A stretch of DNA of 64,000 nucleotides from an uncultured delta proteobacterium. GTDB taxonomy: Bacteria; Myxococcota_A; Polyangia; Polyangiales; B10-G4. The DNA lies in contig CAVSGI010000020.1 of assembly GCA_963727445.1 (NCBI GenBank), positions 64,001 through 128,000 of the forward strand, written 5' to 3'. Shown here in pieces: positions 20,039 through 31,722 of this stretch. The notes under the pieces are model-generated. The model was not told the DNA's origin. It did no database searches and worked only from the letters and a program-made list of their open reading frames with translations. Made by a program: the position numbers and the translations under genes. Positions within the stretch are counted from its first letter, which is position 1; the number at the start of each line of letters is the position of its first letter.

Positions 20039-21375
20039 TTTTCGCCCTCCGTGCCTGCGGCCCCCGACTCCTTCTTGGAGCCGTCATCGGAGCCCGAGTC
20101 GTCGTCCGAGCGGGAGGGGTCTCCACCCGCCTCCTTTTCATCCACGTCGTCCTCGTCGTCTTCGTCGTCGTCTTCGTCGTCGTCTTCGTCATCCGAGTCC
20201 GAGTCGTCCTCTTCCTCGTCATCCGAATCCGAGTCGTCGTCCGAATCGGAATCGGAATCCGTCTTCGTCTCGGACTCCTCTTCTTCCTCGTCTTCCTCCT
20301 CGTCTTCTTCCTCCTCGTCGTCCTCCTCCGCTTCGGCGGCGGCCTTCTGGGCTTCGAGCGCCTTCTTCTTGTCGGCGGCGCGGGCGCGGCGACTCTTGTC
20401 GTTCTTCTTCTCGCGCTTCTCCGCGTCCTCACCGATGGTGAGCTCTGCGAAGCGACGCTCGAGGTTCTCGATCTCGCCCGAGAGGTCGAGGAGGACCGAG
20501 CCGGCGTCGAAGCCGGCCTTGATGATCGCCTCGCGGAGGTCGGCGTTCTTGTCCTTGGGGATGATGGCGAAGCGCACCTCGCCGCTCATCGCCGGGACCT
20601 CCTCGACGTGGTCCACGCCGGTGACCGACTCGAGGGTCCGCTTGGTGTCCTCGATGTCGCCGCCCTTGGAGAAGGTCGCGAAGTACTTGTTGTTGCCGGC
20701 CGAGCGGCGCAGGCCCTCGGCGGTGTCGTCCGCGACGATCTGCCCCTTGGTGATGATCATCAGGCGGTCGCAGGTCTTCTCCGCCTCGGCCATCGAGTGG
20801 GTCGAGAAGATGATCGTGCGCTCGCGACCGATCTCGCGGATGAGCTCGCGGATCTCGACGGTCTGGTTCGGGTCGAGGCCGCTCATCGGCTCGTCGAGGA
20901 TCAGGATGGGCGGCTCGTGCAGGAGCGTCGACGCCAAGCCCACGCGCTGGCGATAGCCCTTGGACAGCGCGCGGATCTCCTTGCCGATCACGTCGCCCAG
21001 CCCGGTCTCCTCGACCACCGCCCTGAGGCGCTTCGTCGCCTTGTCCCCATCGAGGCCCCGCATCTTCGCGACCCACTGGAGAAACTCGAGGACCAGCATC
21101 TCGGTGTAGAGGGGGTTCGACTCGGCGAGGTAGCCGAGGGAGCTCCGCACTCCGATGGGGTCTTCGAAGACGTCACAGCCGTTGACCTTCGCCGTCCCCG
21201 TGGTGGGGGCGATGAAGCAGGTCAGGATCTTCATCGTCGTCGTCTTCCCTGCGCCGTTCGGCCCGAGAAATCCGAGGACTTCACCCTTGTTGACCTCGAA
21301 GCTGACGTTCTGGAGGGCGGTGACGTCTCCGTACCGCTTGGTCAGCGACTTGGCCTCGATCATCACGTCGCTCAT
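20035..21375 (-). CDS. GldA-like ABC ATPase with long acidic tail
   Basis: GPNGAGKTT, LSKGYRQRVG, ILILDEP; D/E-rich C-terminus. Confidence 0.92.
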   Translation of the reverse strand: MSDVMIEAKSLTKRYGDVTALQNVSFEVNKGEVLGFLGPNGAGKTTTMKILTCFIAPTTGTAKVNGCDVFEDPIGVRSSLGYLAESNPLYTEMLVLEFLQWVAKMRGLDGDKATKRLRAVVEETGLGDVIGKEIRALSKGYRQRVGLASTLLHEPPILILDEPMSGLDPNQTVEIRELIREIGRERTIIFSTHSMAEAEKTCDRLMIITKGQIVADDTAEGLRRSAGNNKYFATFSKGGDIEDTKRTLESVTGVDHVEEVPAMSGEVRFAIIPKDKNADLREAIIKAGFDAGSVLLDLSGEIENLERRFAELTIGEDAEKREKKNDKSRRARAADKKKALEAQKAAAEAEEDDEEEEDEEEDEEEEESETKTDSDSDSDDDSDSDDEEEDDSDSDDEDDDEDDDEDDEDDVDEKEAGGDPSRSDDDSGSDDGSKKESGAAGTEGEK

Positions 21376-21582
21376 GCAAAGCCTTTCGGTGTCCGAGGTT
21401 CGCCCCGGCCTGCGAATCGACACGCGTCGACCCATCGCCTGGCGAGCGAGGACCGCCCCCTAGCGAGGCGCGCGCCGGGGTGTAAATCGGGAATCAATTC
21501 GCGTCAAGCGAGGGTCCAGCGGCCCGTTAACCAGTGTGGTTTCGAGGTATTCCGCCCAAGTGGTGATAGACTAGGAATTGCG

Positions 21583-24500
21583 ATGAAAGCCCGTCGTTTC
21601 GCCCACTTTGCCTCGTTCTTGATCCTCTCCTCCCTGCTTTTCGCCTGCGGGCGGACGGCGCTCGACGATTTTTCCGACGGCAGCCCTCCCATCGACTCCA
21701 GCGTCGACACCCTCGACGGGGGTCCGGACGCGGACGCCGACGGTGGCACGTGCATGGTGGATGGGGACTGCGACGACGGGCTCGTCTGCAACGGTCTCGA
21801 GACGTGTGTGGGCGGCTCCTGTGTCCCGGGGCCGCCCGTGTTCTGCGACGATGGCGTGGACTGCACGGACGACCGATGCACGGAGGCGAGCGGCGGCTGC
21901 GAGTTCATCCCCGGGATCTGTCCCGACGGGACCATGTGCGATCCCGCCACTGGCTGCATCAGCCGTGACTGCATGACGCCGCGCGACTGCGACGACGGCT
22001 TCGCCTGCAACGGCTTCGAGGACTGCGACGACGGGACTTGCGTGCCGGGCCCGCCTCCTTTCTGCGACGACGGCATCCCGTGCACCCTCGACGAGTGCAG
22101 CGAGGCCGCGGGCGGCTGCGCCAGCCGGCCCGTGGACGCGCGCTGCCGTGACGATTCGTTCTGCAACGGCGCCGAGATCTGCGATCCGATGATCGGCTGC
22201 ATGCCGGGCCGCCCCGTCCTCTGCGACGACGGGATCGACTGCACCGTCGACCTCTGCGACGAGATGAGTCGCAGCTGTTTCTCGATCCCACGCGACGGCG
22301 ACTCGGACGGCTTCGTCGCGGTCGGTTGTGGCGGTCTCGATTGCAACGACAGAAACCCCCTGGTGAATCCGCGTGCGCCGGAGCTCTGCGCGGACGGGCT
22401 CGACAACGATTGCAACGGCCGGCGCGACTGTCTCGAATCCGGTCTGTGCTTCGGACCCGCGCTGCGGCATGTGCGCGCCCCTCGAGCTCTTCTGCGACGA
22501 CGGCCGCGATGACGACTGCGACGGGTTCATCGACTGCTCGGACCCGGACTGCGGGTTCTTCCCGGATTGCATGACCTGCATGCCGGAGGTCTGCACCAAC
22601 GGCGAGGACGACGATTGCGACGGCGCCATCGACTGCGCCGATTCCGATTGCCTCATGGACCCGGCCTGCTTCTTCTGCAGGCCCGAGGTCTGCGACGACC
22701 TCCTCGACAACGACTGCGACATGCTCGCGGACTGCGACGATCCGGATTGCTTCTTCGATCCGCGCTGCGTCATGCCCTGCTTGAGCTTCGAGGTCTCCTG
22801 CGACAACGGCATCGACGACGACTGCGACGGTGCCATCGATTGCGCCGACACCGAGTGCGGGCGCGATCCCTCCTGCTGCGTGCCGGAGCCCGAGATCTGC
22901 AACGACGCGCGCGACAACGACTGCGACGGCCGGACCGATTGCGGCGATCCCAACTGCTTCGCCTCGCCCCTGTGCTGCATGCCCTCGCCGCGAGATCTGC
23001 GACAACCGCGTCGACGACGACTGCGACGGTCGCGTCGACTGCAGCGACACCGACAGCTGCGCGACCGATCCCCTCTGCGTCATCTGTTCCCCGGAGGTCT
23101 GTGACAACGCGCTTCGACGACGATTGCGATGGCCTGCGCGACTGTGCCGACCCCGACTGCTTCCGAGCTCCCGCGTGCGGGATGTGCATCCCGGTGCCGG
23201 AGATGTGCACCGACGGCCTGGATAACGACTGCGACGGCCGCATCGACTGCGCCGACCCCAACTGCTTCGGGACGCCCACCTGCGTGGTCTGCACGCCGGA
23301 GGACTGCGCCGACGGCAGAGACAACGACTGCGACCGGCAAGTCGACTGCGACGATCCGGACTGCGCCCTCGACCCGTTCTGCCGGATCTGCCTCCCCGAG
23401 AACTGCGGAAACGGCATCGACGACGACTGCGACATGCGCGCGGACTGCTCGGACCCGGACTGCGCGATGGATCCGCGCTGCGAGATGTGTTCCCCCGAGG
23501 TGTGCAGCAACGGCGCGGACGACGACTGCGATGGGCAGATCGACTGCCGCGATCCCGATTGCGCCACCAGCCCGGCCTGCGTGCGCGTGCGGTCCGGTGG
23601 AGATCTGCCGCGACGGGCGTGACAACGACTGCGATGGACAGCTCGACTGCGCCGACTCGGACTGCACTGGGCGATCCGCTCTGCGGCGTCTGCCTGCCGT
23701 TCGAGATCTGCACCGACGGCATCGACGACGACTGCAACGGGCTCGCCGATTGCGACGATCCCCTCTGCATCTTCGATCCGACCTGCACCGGGATGTGTGT
23801 CGCCGAGGCGTGCCGCAACGGCCGAGACGACGACTGTGACGGAATCACCGATTGCGCCGATCCCGACTGCGCGATGGACCCGCTCTGCTCCTTCTGCCTG
23901 CCCTTCGAGGTGTGCGCGACGGGCTTCGACGAAGACTGCAACGGCCTGGTCGACTGCGACGACCCCTTCTGCGCCGGCGATCCCTCGTGCATGACCTGTG
24001 ACCCGCTCGAGACGCGCTGCTTCGACGGGCGCGACGACGACTGCGACGGCCGCATCGACTGCGCCGACAGCGACTGTGTCTTCGACCCGTCCTGCTGCAT
24101 GCCGAGCCCGGAGATCTGCGACAACGGCGTCGACGACGACTGTGACTTCCTGGTCGACTGCGCCGACGACGACTTGCGCGATGGAGCCCTTCTGCTGCTT
24201 CCCCTCGCCCGAGAACTGCTTCAACGGCGCTCGACGACGACTGCGATGGGCTCTTCGACTGCGCCGATCCCGACTGCTCGGCGTTCCCCGGGTGCTGCAG
24301 CCCGAGCCCCGAGGTGTGCAGCAACGGCGCGGACGACGACTGCGACGGCGCCGTCGATTGCGACGACATGGACTGCGCGAGCGATCCGGCGTGCATGATG
24401 ATGTGCACTGCCAACGAGCTCGGCATTCCCATGTGCACCGACCGTCTCGACAACGACTGCGACGGCCAGCGCGACTGCGCCGACCCCGACTGCAGCCCAT

Positions 24501-24775
24501 TCGGCACGATGGGCGAGTGCTGTAACGGTCGCGATGACGACGGTGACGGCACCATCGATCTGTTCACCTGCCGGTGCTTCGACAACAGCACCTGCGTGGG
24601 CGTCGGCAGCCTGGAGCAGGTCTGCTGGACCGAGACCTTCAACGTCTGCGCGCCCCGCTGCGACTTCCTGGGCGGTGACGCGTTCTGCTCGATGATCGCC
24701 CCGGGCCTGAGCTGCGTGACCTCCGGCCCGAACGCGGGGCAGTGCGTGTTCTCGGGCCCGGTGCCGACCCCCTGA
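21583..24775 (+). CDS. Large Cys/Asp-repeat lipoprotein (several frameshifts)
   Basis: MKARRFAH...LLFACGR; more than 15 repeats of E.C.NG.DDDCDG..DC.DPDC across successive frames; ends FSGPVPTP. Confidence 0.85.
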
Positions 24776-24860
24776 GAGCCTTCCGTAACGTTTCGGCCTG
24801 CTTTCTCCTCCCATGTCCGAATGCGGCGCTTCGGGCCGCGGATGGACGAAGGAGATGGAG

Positions 24861-25325
24861 ATGGAATCGTACGGAACGGTCGCGGCACTCGTGGTCGCCA
24901 TGGCGCTGACCTCTGGATGCGGCGCGTCCCGCTCTGGCAGCGGAAGCGCCGATGGCGCGGTGCGGAGCCCCTTCGAAGAGCAGGTAGACTCGGGGGCGAT
25001 GCTCTTCGCCGACAATTGTGCCCGTTGTCACGGAGCGGCCGGTGAAGGCACCGAGCGTGCGCCGCGCCTGGTGGGGCTGGCTGAAGGCGCACTTCCTCTC
25101 GACCCGCCTGCGACGGCGACGGTTCGAACGACGCAGTTCGTGACGGTCGGAGACGTGGCGACCTTCGCTGCGACGAACATGCCGGCCGACGCGCCCGGCT
25201 CACTCTCCGTCGATCAGTACCTCGCGATCCTGGCTTTCGATCTCTCGGCCAACGGGATCGAGCTCGAGGAAGAGCTCACGCTCGAGCTCGCGGCCGATCT
25301 CGTCATCCCGCGGGAGGGGCCGTGA
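24861..25325 (+). CDS. Monoheme cytochrome c lipoprotein
   Basis: Lipobox TSGC, CARCH heme motif, distal NMP. Confidence 0.9.
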   Translation: MESYGTVAALVVAMALTSGCGASRSGSGSADGAVRSPFEEQVDSGAMLFADNCARCHGAAGEGTERAPRLVGLAEGALPLDPPATATVRTTQFVTVGDVATFAATNMPADAPGSLSVDQYLAILAFDLSANGIELEEELTLELAADLVIPREGP

Positions 25326-25972
25326 CGGCACCGGCGCCTCATCCGCTGGCGACGGTCCCCGACACCGACGCCGAGGTCGTGGAGCGCGTGCTCGACGGCG
25401 ACGTCGCCGCCTTCGAGATCCTGATGCGCCGTCACAACCAACGCGTCTTTCGCGCGGCGCGGGCGGTGCTTCACGACGACGCCGCGGCGGAGGACGCCGC
25501 CCAAAAAGCGTGGATCAGCGTCTACCGGAGCATGGCGACCTTTCAGGGGCGGGCGCGATTCAGCACCTGGCTCCTGCGGATCGCGGTGAACCAGGCGTCG
25601 CAGGACCTTCGCCGCAAGCGCTCGCACCTCGAGCTGGTGCGAGCCACCAGCGAGGCCGAGACGCTCGCCTCACCGGAGGCGGAGGCGGCGCGAACGCGCC
25701 TGCGGCAGATCCTGGAGTCGGCGATCGATGGGCTGCCTGAGGGCCTCCGGGTGGTCCTGGTCCTGCGTGACGTCGAGGAGCTCAGCGGACCGGAGACAGC
25801 GCAGGTCCTCGAGCTCAGCGACGAGGCGGTGCGGGTGCGGCTCCATCGTGCGCGCCGACAGCTCCGCGCGTCCCTCGAAGAGATCCTCGAAGACCGTGTC
25901 GGCGAGGCCTATCCGTTCCTGGGCGCGCGATGCAACGCCATCGTGGCGGCCGTCTTCGCCGCCATCACCTGA
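25322..25972 (+). CDS. ECF sigma factor
   Basis: AEDAAQKAW...FSTWLLRIAVN...VLRDVEELS...VRVRLHRAR. Confidence 0.92.
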   Translation: MTAPAPHPLATVPDTDAEVVERVLDGDVAAFEILMRRHNQRVFRAARAVLHDDAAAEDAAQKAWISVYRSMATFQGRARFSTWLLRIAVNQASQDLRRKRSHLELVRATSEAETLASPEAEAARTRLRQILESAIDGLPEGLRVVLVLRDVEELSGPETAQVLELSDEAVRVRLHRARRQLRASLEEILEDRVGEAYPFLGARCNAIVAAVFAAIT

Positions 25973-26603
25973 CGCGCAGCACGATCGCGGCTGCGCCCGC
26001 GCCCGCGACACCCGCGGGCTCGGTGAGGAGCGAGGCCAGCACCGCGACCGGTGTGCGCGCGTCGGCTTCGAGGACGCTGGCGAGCTTGGCGACAGCTTTG
26101 CTGCTGAAGGCGGAGCCGGTGCCGACGAGAAGCACGTCCTCCGGCTCGAGCTCGAGGCTGGTCCGGGTCGCCTTGCCCTCGAGGACACCCTCGAGCTGCT
26201 CGTCGCGCTGGGTCAGGCGCTGCGCTTTGCCGCGGCGGTGCAGGTACACCCGGCCCTGACCGGTGGACATCACGTGCAGCGTCCCCTGATCGATGAGCAC
26301 ACCGGTGAGGCTGGCGTCGGGGATCGAGCGCTCGATGAGCGCGTTGACGCGCTTGGCGAGCACCGCTCGGGCCTGCATGTAGGCGTCTTGAAGCTTGTCT
26401 CCGCCGCGCCGCTCGCTCCCCTCGAGGCCCTGGCCGAACCCCTCGAGCAGCGGCTGATGGGTCAGCTGCCAGGTGCGCGGCAGGCCCAACCCTCCGGCGA
26501 CCGCGAAGGCGCGCCCGGATTCGTAACGACCGGCCTCGTGTCGGTGCAGGGCGCCTCGCCCCACCTTCGCCTTGCTCCGGCTGATGTGGGAGTCGACCTT
26601 CAC
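25965..26603 (-). CDS. Degenerate PP2C-like protein
   Basis: GTGA overlap with the upstream permease; AVAGGLG, TGQGRVYLHR, LEPEDVLLVGT echo PP2C motifs but the metal-binding Asp residues are absent. Confidence 0.55.
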   Translation of the reverse strand: MKVDSHISRSKAKVGRGALHRHEAGRYESGRAFAVAGGLGLPRTWQLTHQPLLEGFGQGLEGSERRGGDKLQDAYMQARAVLAKRVNALIERSIPDASLTGVLIDQGTLHVMSTGQGRVYLHRRGKAQRLTQRDEQLEGVLEGKATRTSLELEPEDVLLVGTGSAFSSKAVAKLASVLEADARTPVAVLASLLTEPAGVAGAGAAAIVLRVR

Positions 26604-27409
26604 GCGCGTCCGAAGCGGTATTCGCTCGTGCTCACGACCAGGGCGCCGAGCCCCAGGAAGAGCAGGGTCACCACCGGGATCGCCACCGCGCCGATCCACA
26701 CCTGGATCTCGGGGACCGATTCGGGCAGCAGCCCACCCCGCGGCAGGCCGGCGAGCTCGCCTCCCAGGAAGTTCAGCGAGATGAAGCGCAGGAAGAAGGG
26801 CAGCTTGCCGAAGCCGAACTCCATGATCGCGAGGTAGAGGACGCTCACGATCCCCGCCGCCTCGGTGGCGACCGCGCCCCAGAACATGCAGATGGCGCCG
26901 TAGAGAAACGACAGCATGGCGATCACACCGGCGGCGCGCAGCGTCTCCGGCAGCTCGTCGATCATCGGCGTGGGCGTGGTCAGATAGCAGCCGAGGTGAA
27001 GGATCAGGAGCCCGCCCACCAGGAGCGCCACGCTCAGAACGGCGCCGGCGAGGTACTTGCCGAGCGCCATGGCGAAGCGGCTCACCGGACGCGAGGCCAT
27101 GTAGACGAAGGTCCGGCTCTCGACCTCCTCGGCGATGGCGCCCGCGGTCAGGAGGAACGGGACCAGGTAGACCAGCAGGTTGAAGAACCCGAGACCGATC
27201 CCCTGCTCCACCAGCTCCGCCGGGTCGTCGCTGCCCTGGGCGTAGCGCGCCGCGATGATGGCGAAGAGCACCAGCGCCACCGCGACGATGCCGACGCGGA
27301 GCTTCTTGCCGCGCCACAGGCGCATCACCGACAGACGAAAGACCGCGGCGACGGAGCTTCCGAAGCCCGGGGCGGGCGGGGGCGGCGCCGGCTTGGGCTC
27401 TTTGCTCAC
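26600..27409 (-). CDS. ABC-2 permease
   Basis: AIAEEVESRTFVYMASRPVSR...LGKY; multiple TMs. Confidence 0.85.
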   Translation of the reverse strand: MSKEPKPAPPPPAPGFGSSVAAVFRLSVMRLWRGKKLRVGIVAVALVLFAIIAARYAQGSDDPAELVEQGIGLGFFNLLVYLVPFLLTAGAIAEEVESRTFVYMASRPVSRFAMALGKYLAGAVLSVALLVGGLLILHLGCYLTTPTPMIDELPETLRAAGVIAMLSFLYGAICMFWGAVATEAAGIVSVLYLAIMEFGFGKLPFFLRFISLNFLGGELAGLPRGGLLPESVPEIQVWIGAVAIPVVTLLFLGLGALVVSTSEYRFGRA

Positions 27410-28488
27410 GACGCCGCTCCCTTCGCCGGGCTGGCCGCCCCGTCACCGCCGGGCGAGAGCCCCGGCTGATAGGTGGGCGCCATCACGCTACCCACGCCCG
27501 CGTCGGCGCCGGTGCCAGCGCCACGGCTGCTCCGCTCGACCAGGTAGTGGAAGAGGGCTTCGAGGCTGGCGTCGGGGCTGGTGATGCTGGCGATGTCGAA
27601 GTGGCCGGCGACCGCCTCCTCGGCGAGCTTGGTGTAGGTCGCGTCGGGATCGCGGGTCATCAGCTCCACCGTGCTGTCGTCCGGGAAGCTGATGCCCACC
27701 ACGCCTTCGACCGAGAGCACCGCCGCCGCCAGCTCGCGCGCCCGGTCGGTGCGCACTCGCACGTGGTGCGGGTGCTCCTCGAGCAGATCGCGGATCTCGT
27801 GGACCTTGCCCTGGGCGACCACCTGCCCGCGCGCGATGAGGAGCACCTGATCGGTGAGCGTCTCGACCTCGTGCAGGACGTGGGTGGAGAAGAGCACCAG
27901 CGCTCCGTCTTTGGCGCGCTGCTGGAGCTGTTCGAGGATGCACTGCGCGCGAGGTGGGGTCGGTGCCGGTGAGGGGCTCGTCGAGGAGCAGCACGTCCGG
28001 GTCGTGGACGATGGACTGCGCGAGCTTCGCGCGCTGGCGCATGCCGCGGCTGTAGCCGCCGATCTTGCGGTTCATGGCGTCGGTCAGGCCGAAGCTCTCG
28101 AGCGCGTCCTTGGCGCGCTTCTTCGCGATTCGTCCGCCGAGTAGCCGCGACAGCCGCGCGATGGCGGTGACGAACTCGAGCCCGGTCAGCTCGTCGTAGA
28201 GCGCGTCCGCCTCGGGGCAGAGGCCGATGCGGCGCAGCGCCTCCGGGTTGGCGAAGGGCGGCTGGCCCGGCAGACGCGCACCTCGCCGAGGCTGGGCTTG
28301 AGCTGGCCAGCGATGCAGCGCAGGAACGTCGTCTTGCCCGAGCCGTTGGGCCCGAGGAGCCCCCACAGGCCCGGCTCGAGGTGGAGCGACACGTCCTGAA
28401 GGGCGGTGACCTTGCCGTACCACTTGGAGAGGCGGACGGCGCGGATGCCTCGGCGGCCCTGCGAATCGTCGGCGTCGTTTCGGCTCAC
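27406..28488 (-). CDS. ABC ATPase (frameshifted)
   Basis: GPNGSGKTT, YSRGMRQR, LLLDEP, FSTHVLHE spread over several frames. Confidence 0.85.
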
Positions 28489-29353
28489 GCGATCACCTCC
28501 ACGCCGCGCACCCGACGCCACGACAGCGCCAGCCCGCCCGCGACCACCGCGCAGAGGATCGGCAGGGCGTAGTACCAGCGGAGGTCGTTGGCGGGCTCGA
28601 TGCGGAAGAGCGCGTCGCCGCAGACCGAGAGGAGCTCGTAGATCGAGATGAGATAGAGCCAAGGCCAGTCGGCGATGGCGTTGACGATCGCCGCCAGGAC
28701 CTGCGGGATGAAGAGGAGCACCAGCCAGGCGCTCATGGTCAAGGCGCGGCTTCCAGAAAGGGCGCTCATCCCCACCGAGGCGATGGCGACGACCACCGAG
28801 ATCAAGAGCGAGTAGAAGAGCGAGGGGATCAACAGGCCCGCTTGCTCGAGGCGCATCTCCTCGGTGAGATCCCGACGAGCATCCCCACCACCATCGCCGC
28901 CGGGAAGAAGGTGAGAACGAAGCACCAGATCGCCACCGCCACCATGCGGCCGGCGAGGTACTGCGGCGGGGTGACCGGCTTGGCGAAGTAGAAGGAGAAG
29001 GCCTTGAACTTGATGTCCTCGGCGATGGCCCCCGCGCCCGCGCCGACGCCGACCAGGGAGAGGAAGAACCAGAACTGCCACCAGAAGAGGCCTTTGACGA
29101 AGTCGGCGCCGGGCGGCGGAGGGAGCTCTTCGCCGGCCGGCATGCCGGCGGCCTGCTGCTGGATGATGTAGGTCGCGACCCCCAGGTAGATCATCGCCAC
29201 CACCGCCGGCCCCCACGCGGTGAACGCGCCGATCTTCACGAGCCACGATCCCCAGGCGCGCGTCAGTCCATGACGCAGGAGCACCTTGGTGTTGTTCGAC
29301 GCCGGGAGGCGCTCACCTTCGTAGGGCCGGTAGCCGAGATCGCGAATGGCCAT
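28485..29353 (-). CDS. ABC permease (frameshift near 28870)
   Basis: MAIRDLGYRPYEG...AIAEDIKFKAFSFYFAKPV; TM-rich. Confidence 0.8.
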
Positions 29354-29586
29354 GGCGGGGCGGACTCTAATACACGACGGGGTCCCTCGCGAGGGATGCG
29401 TACAGCCCTCCGCATCCGAGCCGAACGGGCGGGGGGCCCGCGTTCAACCGCTGAACGGCGCTTTGATTCTCTGCGTTTAAGCGTTCGCTGGGATCGATCG
29501 TCGCCGGATAGCGCGCTTGCCGATTCGAGATCGTCGCCGGAGCGTTTTCATTCGTGATCCGCGCATGAGACCCGCTTCGGCCACGT

Positions 29587-29601
29587 GGGCACGGCGGCTG
29601 C
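29587..29601 (+). promoter_or_regulatory. Sigma54-like promoter
   Basis: GGGCAC-GGCGG-CTGC upstream of ATG 29649. Confidence 0.45.
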
Positions 29602-29648
29602 AATGCGGCGCGGCAGGACTTCGGCATTCCCCCAACGGAGCTAACGCC

Positions 29649-30989
29649 ATGCGAACCCTCGCCATCACCGCCATCCTCATCGGCCTTCTTCTCCCCAGCA
29701 CTCTCGTCTCCACCGCCGCCGCCCAGCCCCGCTGCGAGGCGCCGCGCGTCATGGTGGTGCTCGACCGCTCGTCCTCGATGTCCGCCTCGCGCAGCGGTCA
29801 GCTGCCGAGCGGCCTGTCCAAATGGGGCGCCGCGCGCGCCGCCGTCGAGGAGCTGACCTCTGCCTTCGCCGATCGCGTCGACTTCGGCGTCGCGCTCTTC
29901 CCCTCCGTGGACGGCGAGAACACCTGTGACCCGGGCGGCGTCGTCCTCGACGTCGGTTCTCACGACGCGGCCGACATCATGGAGGCCTTCCCCGCCGCGG
30001 ATCCACCCTACGGCGGGAACTGGACGCCGACCGCGCAGACCCTCGACGCGCTCCTCGAGGCGCGCGCCCTCACCGACGCGTCGCGCGACCGGCACGTGGT
30101 CCTGGTCACCGACGGCGAGCAGTGCTGCATCACCGGCAGCACCTGCATCGGGGCGCAGCGCTTCTGGCCCATCGAATCCATCGCCAACCTCCGCGCCATG
30201 GGCGTCTTCGTCCACGTGGTGGGCTTCGGCTCCGGCGTCGACGCGCTGACCCTCAACCGGTCGGCCGTGGCCGGCGGCACGGCCACCGCGGGATGCGACA
30301 TGGATGGCGAGACCCCGAGCGCCACCAGCTGCTACCACCACGCCGACGACCTGGCGGGCCTCACCGACGCCTTCGACCGCATCGGCCGCTTCATCACCGA
30401 CGAGGTCTGTGACGGCTACGACAACGACTGCGACGCGGCGGTGGACGAGGACTACGACTTCGACAACGACCTCTACACCACCTGCGGCAGCGACATCAGC
30501 GTCCCGGGAACGCCGGTCGACGAGGATCTCGTCGACTGCGACGACACCGCCTTCGGGGTGAACCCGGGCGCCGAGGAGGTCTGTAACGGCATCGACGACG
30601 ACTGCGACGGCGTCATCGACCCGGGCTGCGCCTGCGCCGAGGGCGACACCCGCGCCTGCGGCAGCAATCTCGGCGTGTGCATGGAGGGCACCCAGCTCTG
30701 CGGCGTCGACGGCACCTGGGGTGAGTGTGACGGCTCCGTCGAGCCCTCCTCCGAGGTCTGCGACGGCTACGACGACGACTGCGACGGCACCACCGACGAG
30801 AGCGCCACCTGCGGTGCGATGGAGGCGTGCATCGACGGCGCCTGCCGGACGCTCTCGCCGCCCCTCGACGAAGCCGGCGGCTGCTGCAGCGTCGCCGCGG
30901 GCAGCAAGACCCCGAACGGGCGTTACGCGCTGGCCTTCGCCTTCTTCGTGCTCGCCCTCGCGGGCTTCAGGATCCGCCGCCGGCGCTGA
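29649..30989 (+). CDS. vWA domain + Cys-rich repeat surface protein with MYXO-CTERM-like tail
   Basis: MIDAS DRSSSM...T...VTDG; CDGYDNDCD repeats; GGCCSVA + TM + RRRR. Confidence 0.88.
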   Translation: MRTLAITAILIGLLLPSTLVSTAAAQPRCEAPRVMVVLDRSSSMSASRSGQLPSGLSKWGAARAAVEELTSAFADRVDFGVALFPSVDGENTCDPGGVVLDVGSHDAADIMEAFPAADPPYGGNWTPTAQTLDALLEARALTDASRDRHVVLVTDGEQCCITGSTCIGAQRFWPIESIANLRAMGVFVHVVGFGSGVDALTLNRSAVAGGTATAGCDMDGETPSATSCYHHADDLAGLTDAFDRIGRFITDEVCDGYDNDCDAAVDEDYDFDNDLYTTCGSDISVPGTPVDEDLVDCDDTAFGVNPGAEEVCNGIDDDCDGVIDPGCACAEGDTRACGSNLGVCMEGTQLCGVDGTWGECDGSVEPSSEVCDGYDDDCDGTTDESATCGAMEACIDGACRTLSPPLDEAGGCCSVAAGSKTPNGRYALAFAFFVLALAGFRIRRRR

Positions 30990-31013
30990 GCCGGCGCTCG
31001 GCGCGAGGGCGGG

Positions 31014-31556
31014 TCACATCGGGGTGCACTCCGCGCTGAGCTCGGGGCAGGAAGGGAAGGTGGCGAAGCGCGTGCCGTCACCGATGTCCTGGCAGACGAT
31101 CTCCGCGCTGAGCGCGCAACTGATGAGCGCCTCGATCTCAGCGCGGCACGCCTCGCTCACGGCCAGCATCCCGCACTGCCCCACGAAATCAGCTCGGCTG
31201 AAGCTGTCGGTGGGGTAGGGGCAGGCCGAGGCCTGGACCCGGTCGTAGAGGGCTCCGCAGCGCGCCTCGCTCACGCCCGAATCCCCCGTGGCGCAGGAGG
31301 TGCACGAGTCCACGCAGGAGAAGCGGAAGCTCCCGCTGCTCCCGCCGCACATGCAGCTCGTCGGTCGGTCGCCGCAGGGGCAGCTGACCGTGCCCGAGCA
31401 CGTGAGCCCGGCCTCGCTCTCGTCGCACGCGTCGCCCGTCCCGAGCGGGTTCGGACAGCGCGGGTCGGTGGTCGTCGAGCCGCGGCTGCGGTTGTTGCAG
31501 GCCGCGAGCCCGGCGGCGAAGAGCAGGGCGACGGCGAGAAGAAAGAATCGGTTCAC
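31014..31556 (-). CDS. Cys-rich lipoprotein
   Basis: Lipobox LAAC. Confidence 0.8.
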   Translation of the reverse strand: MNRFFLLAVALLFAAGLAACNNRSRGSTTTDPRCPNPLGTGDACDESEAGLTCSGTVSCPCGDRPTSCMCGGSSGSFRFSCVDSCTSCATGDSGVSEARCGALYDRVQASACPYPTDSFSRADFVGQCGMLAVSEACRAEIEALISCALSAEIVCQDIGDGTRFATFPSCPELSAECTPM

Positions 31557-31722
31557 TCCCGCATTCTACTACCCGAGTCTTGAAGTTCTACGAGAAGCGA
31601 GAAGGGCGCGTCCTGTGCATGTATCGCGCCTCGAACGTTTGGCCGACGAGCATCTGAATTGCCCTGCGCCCCCCTGGCGTCGATCCGACGGCGACGAGAG
31701 CCGCTCATGGTTGCGAGCAGCC

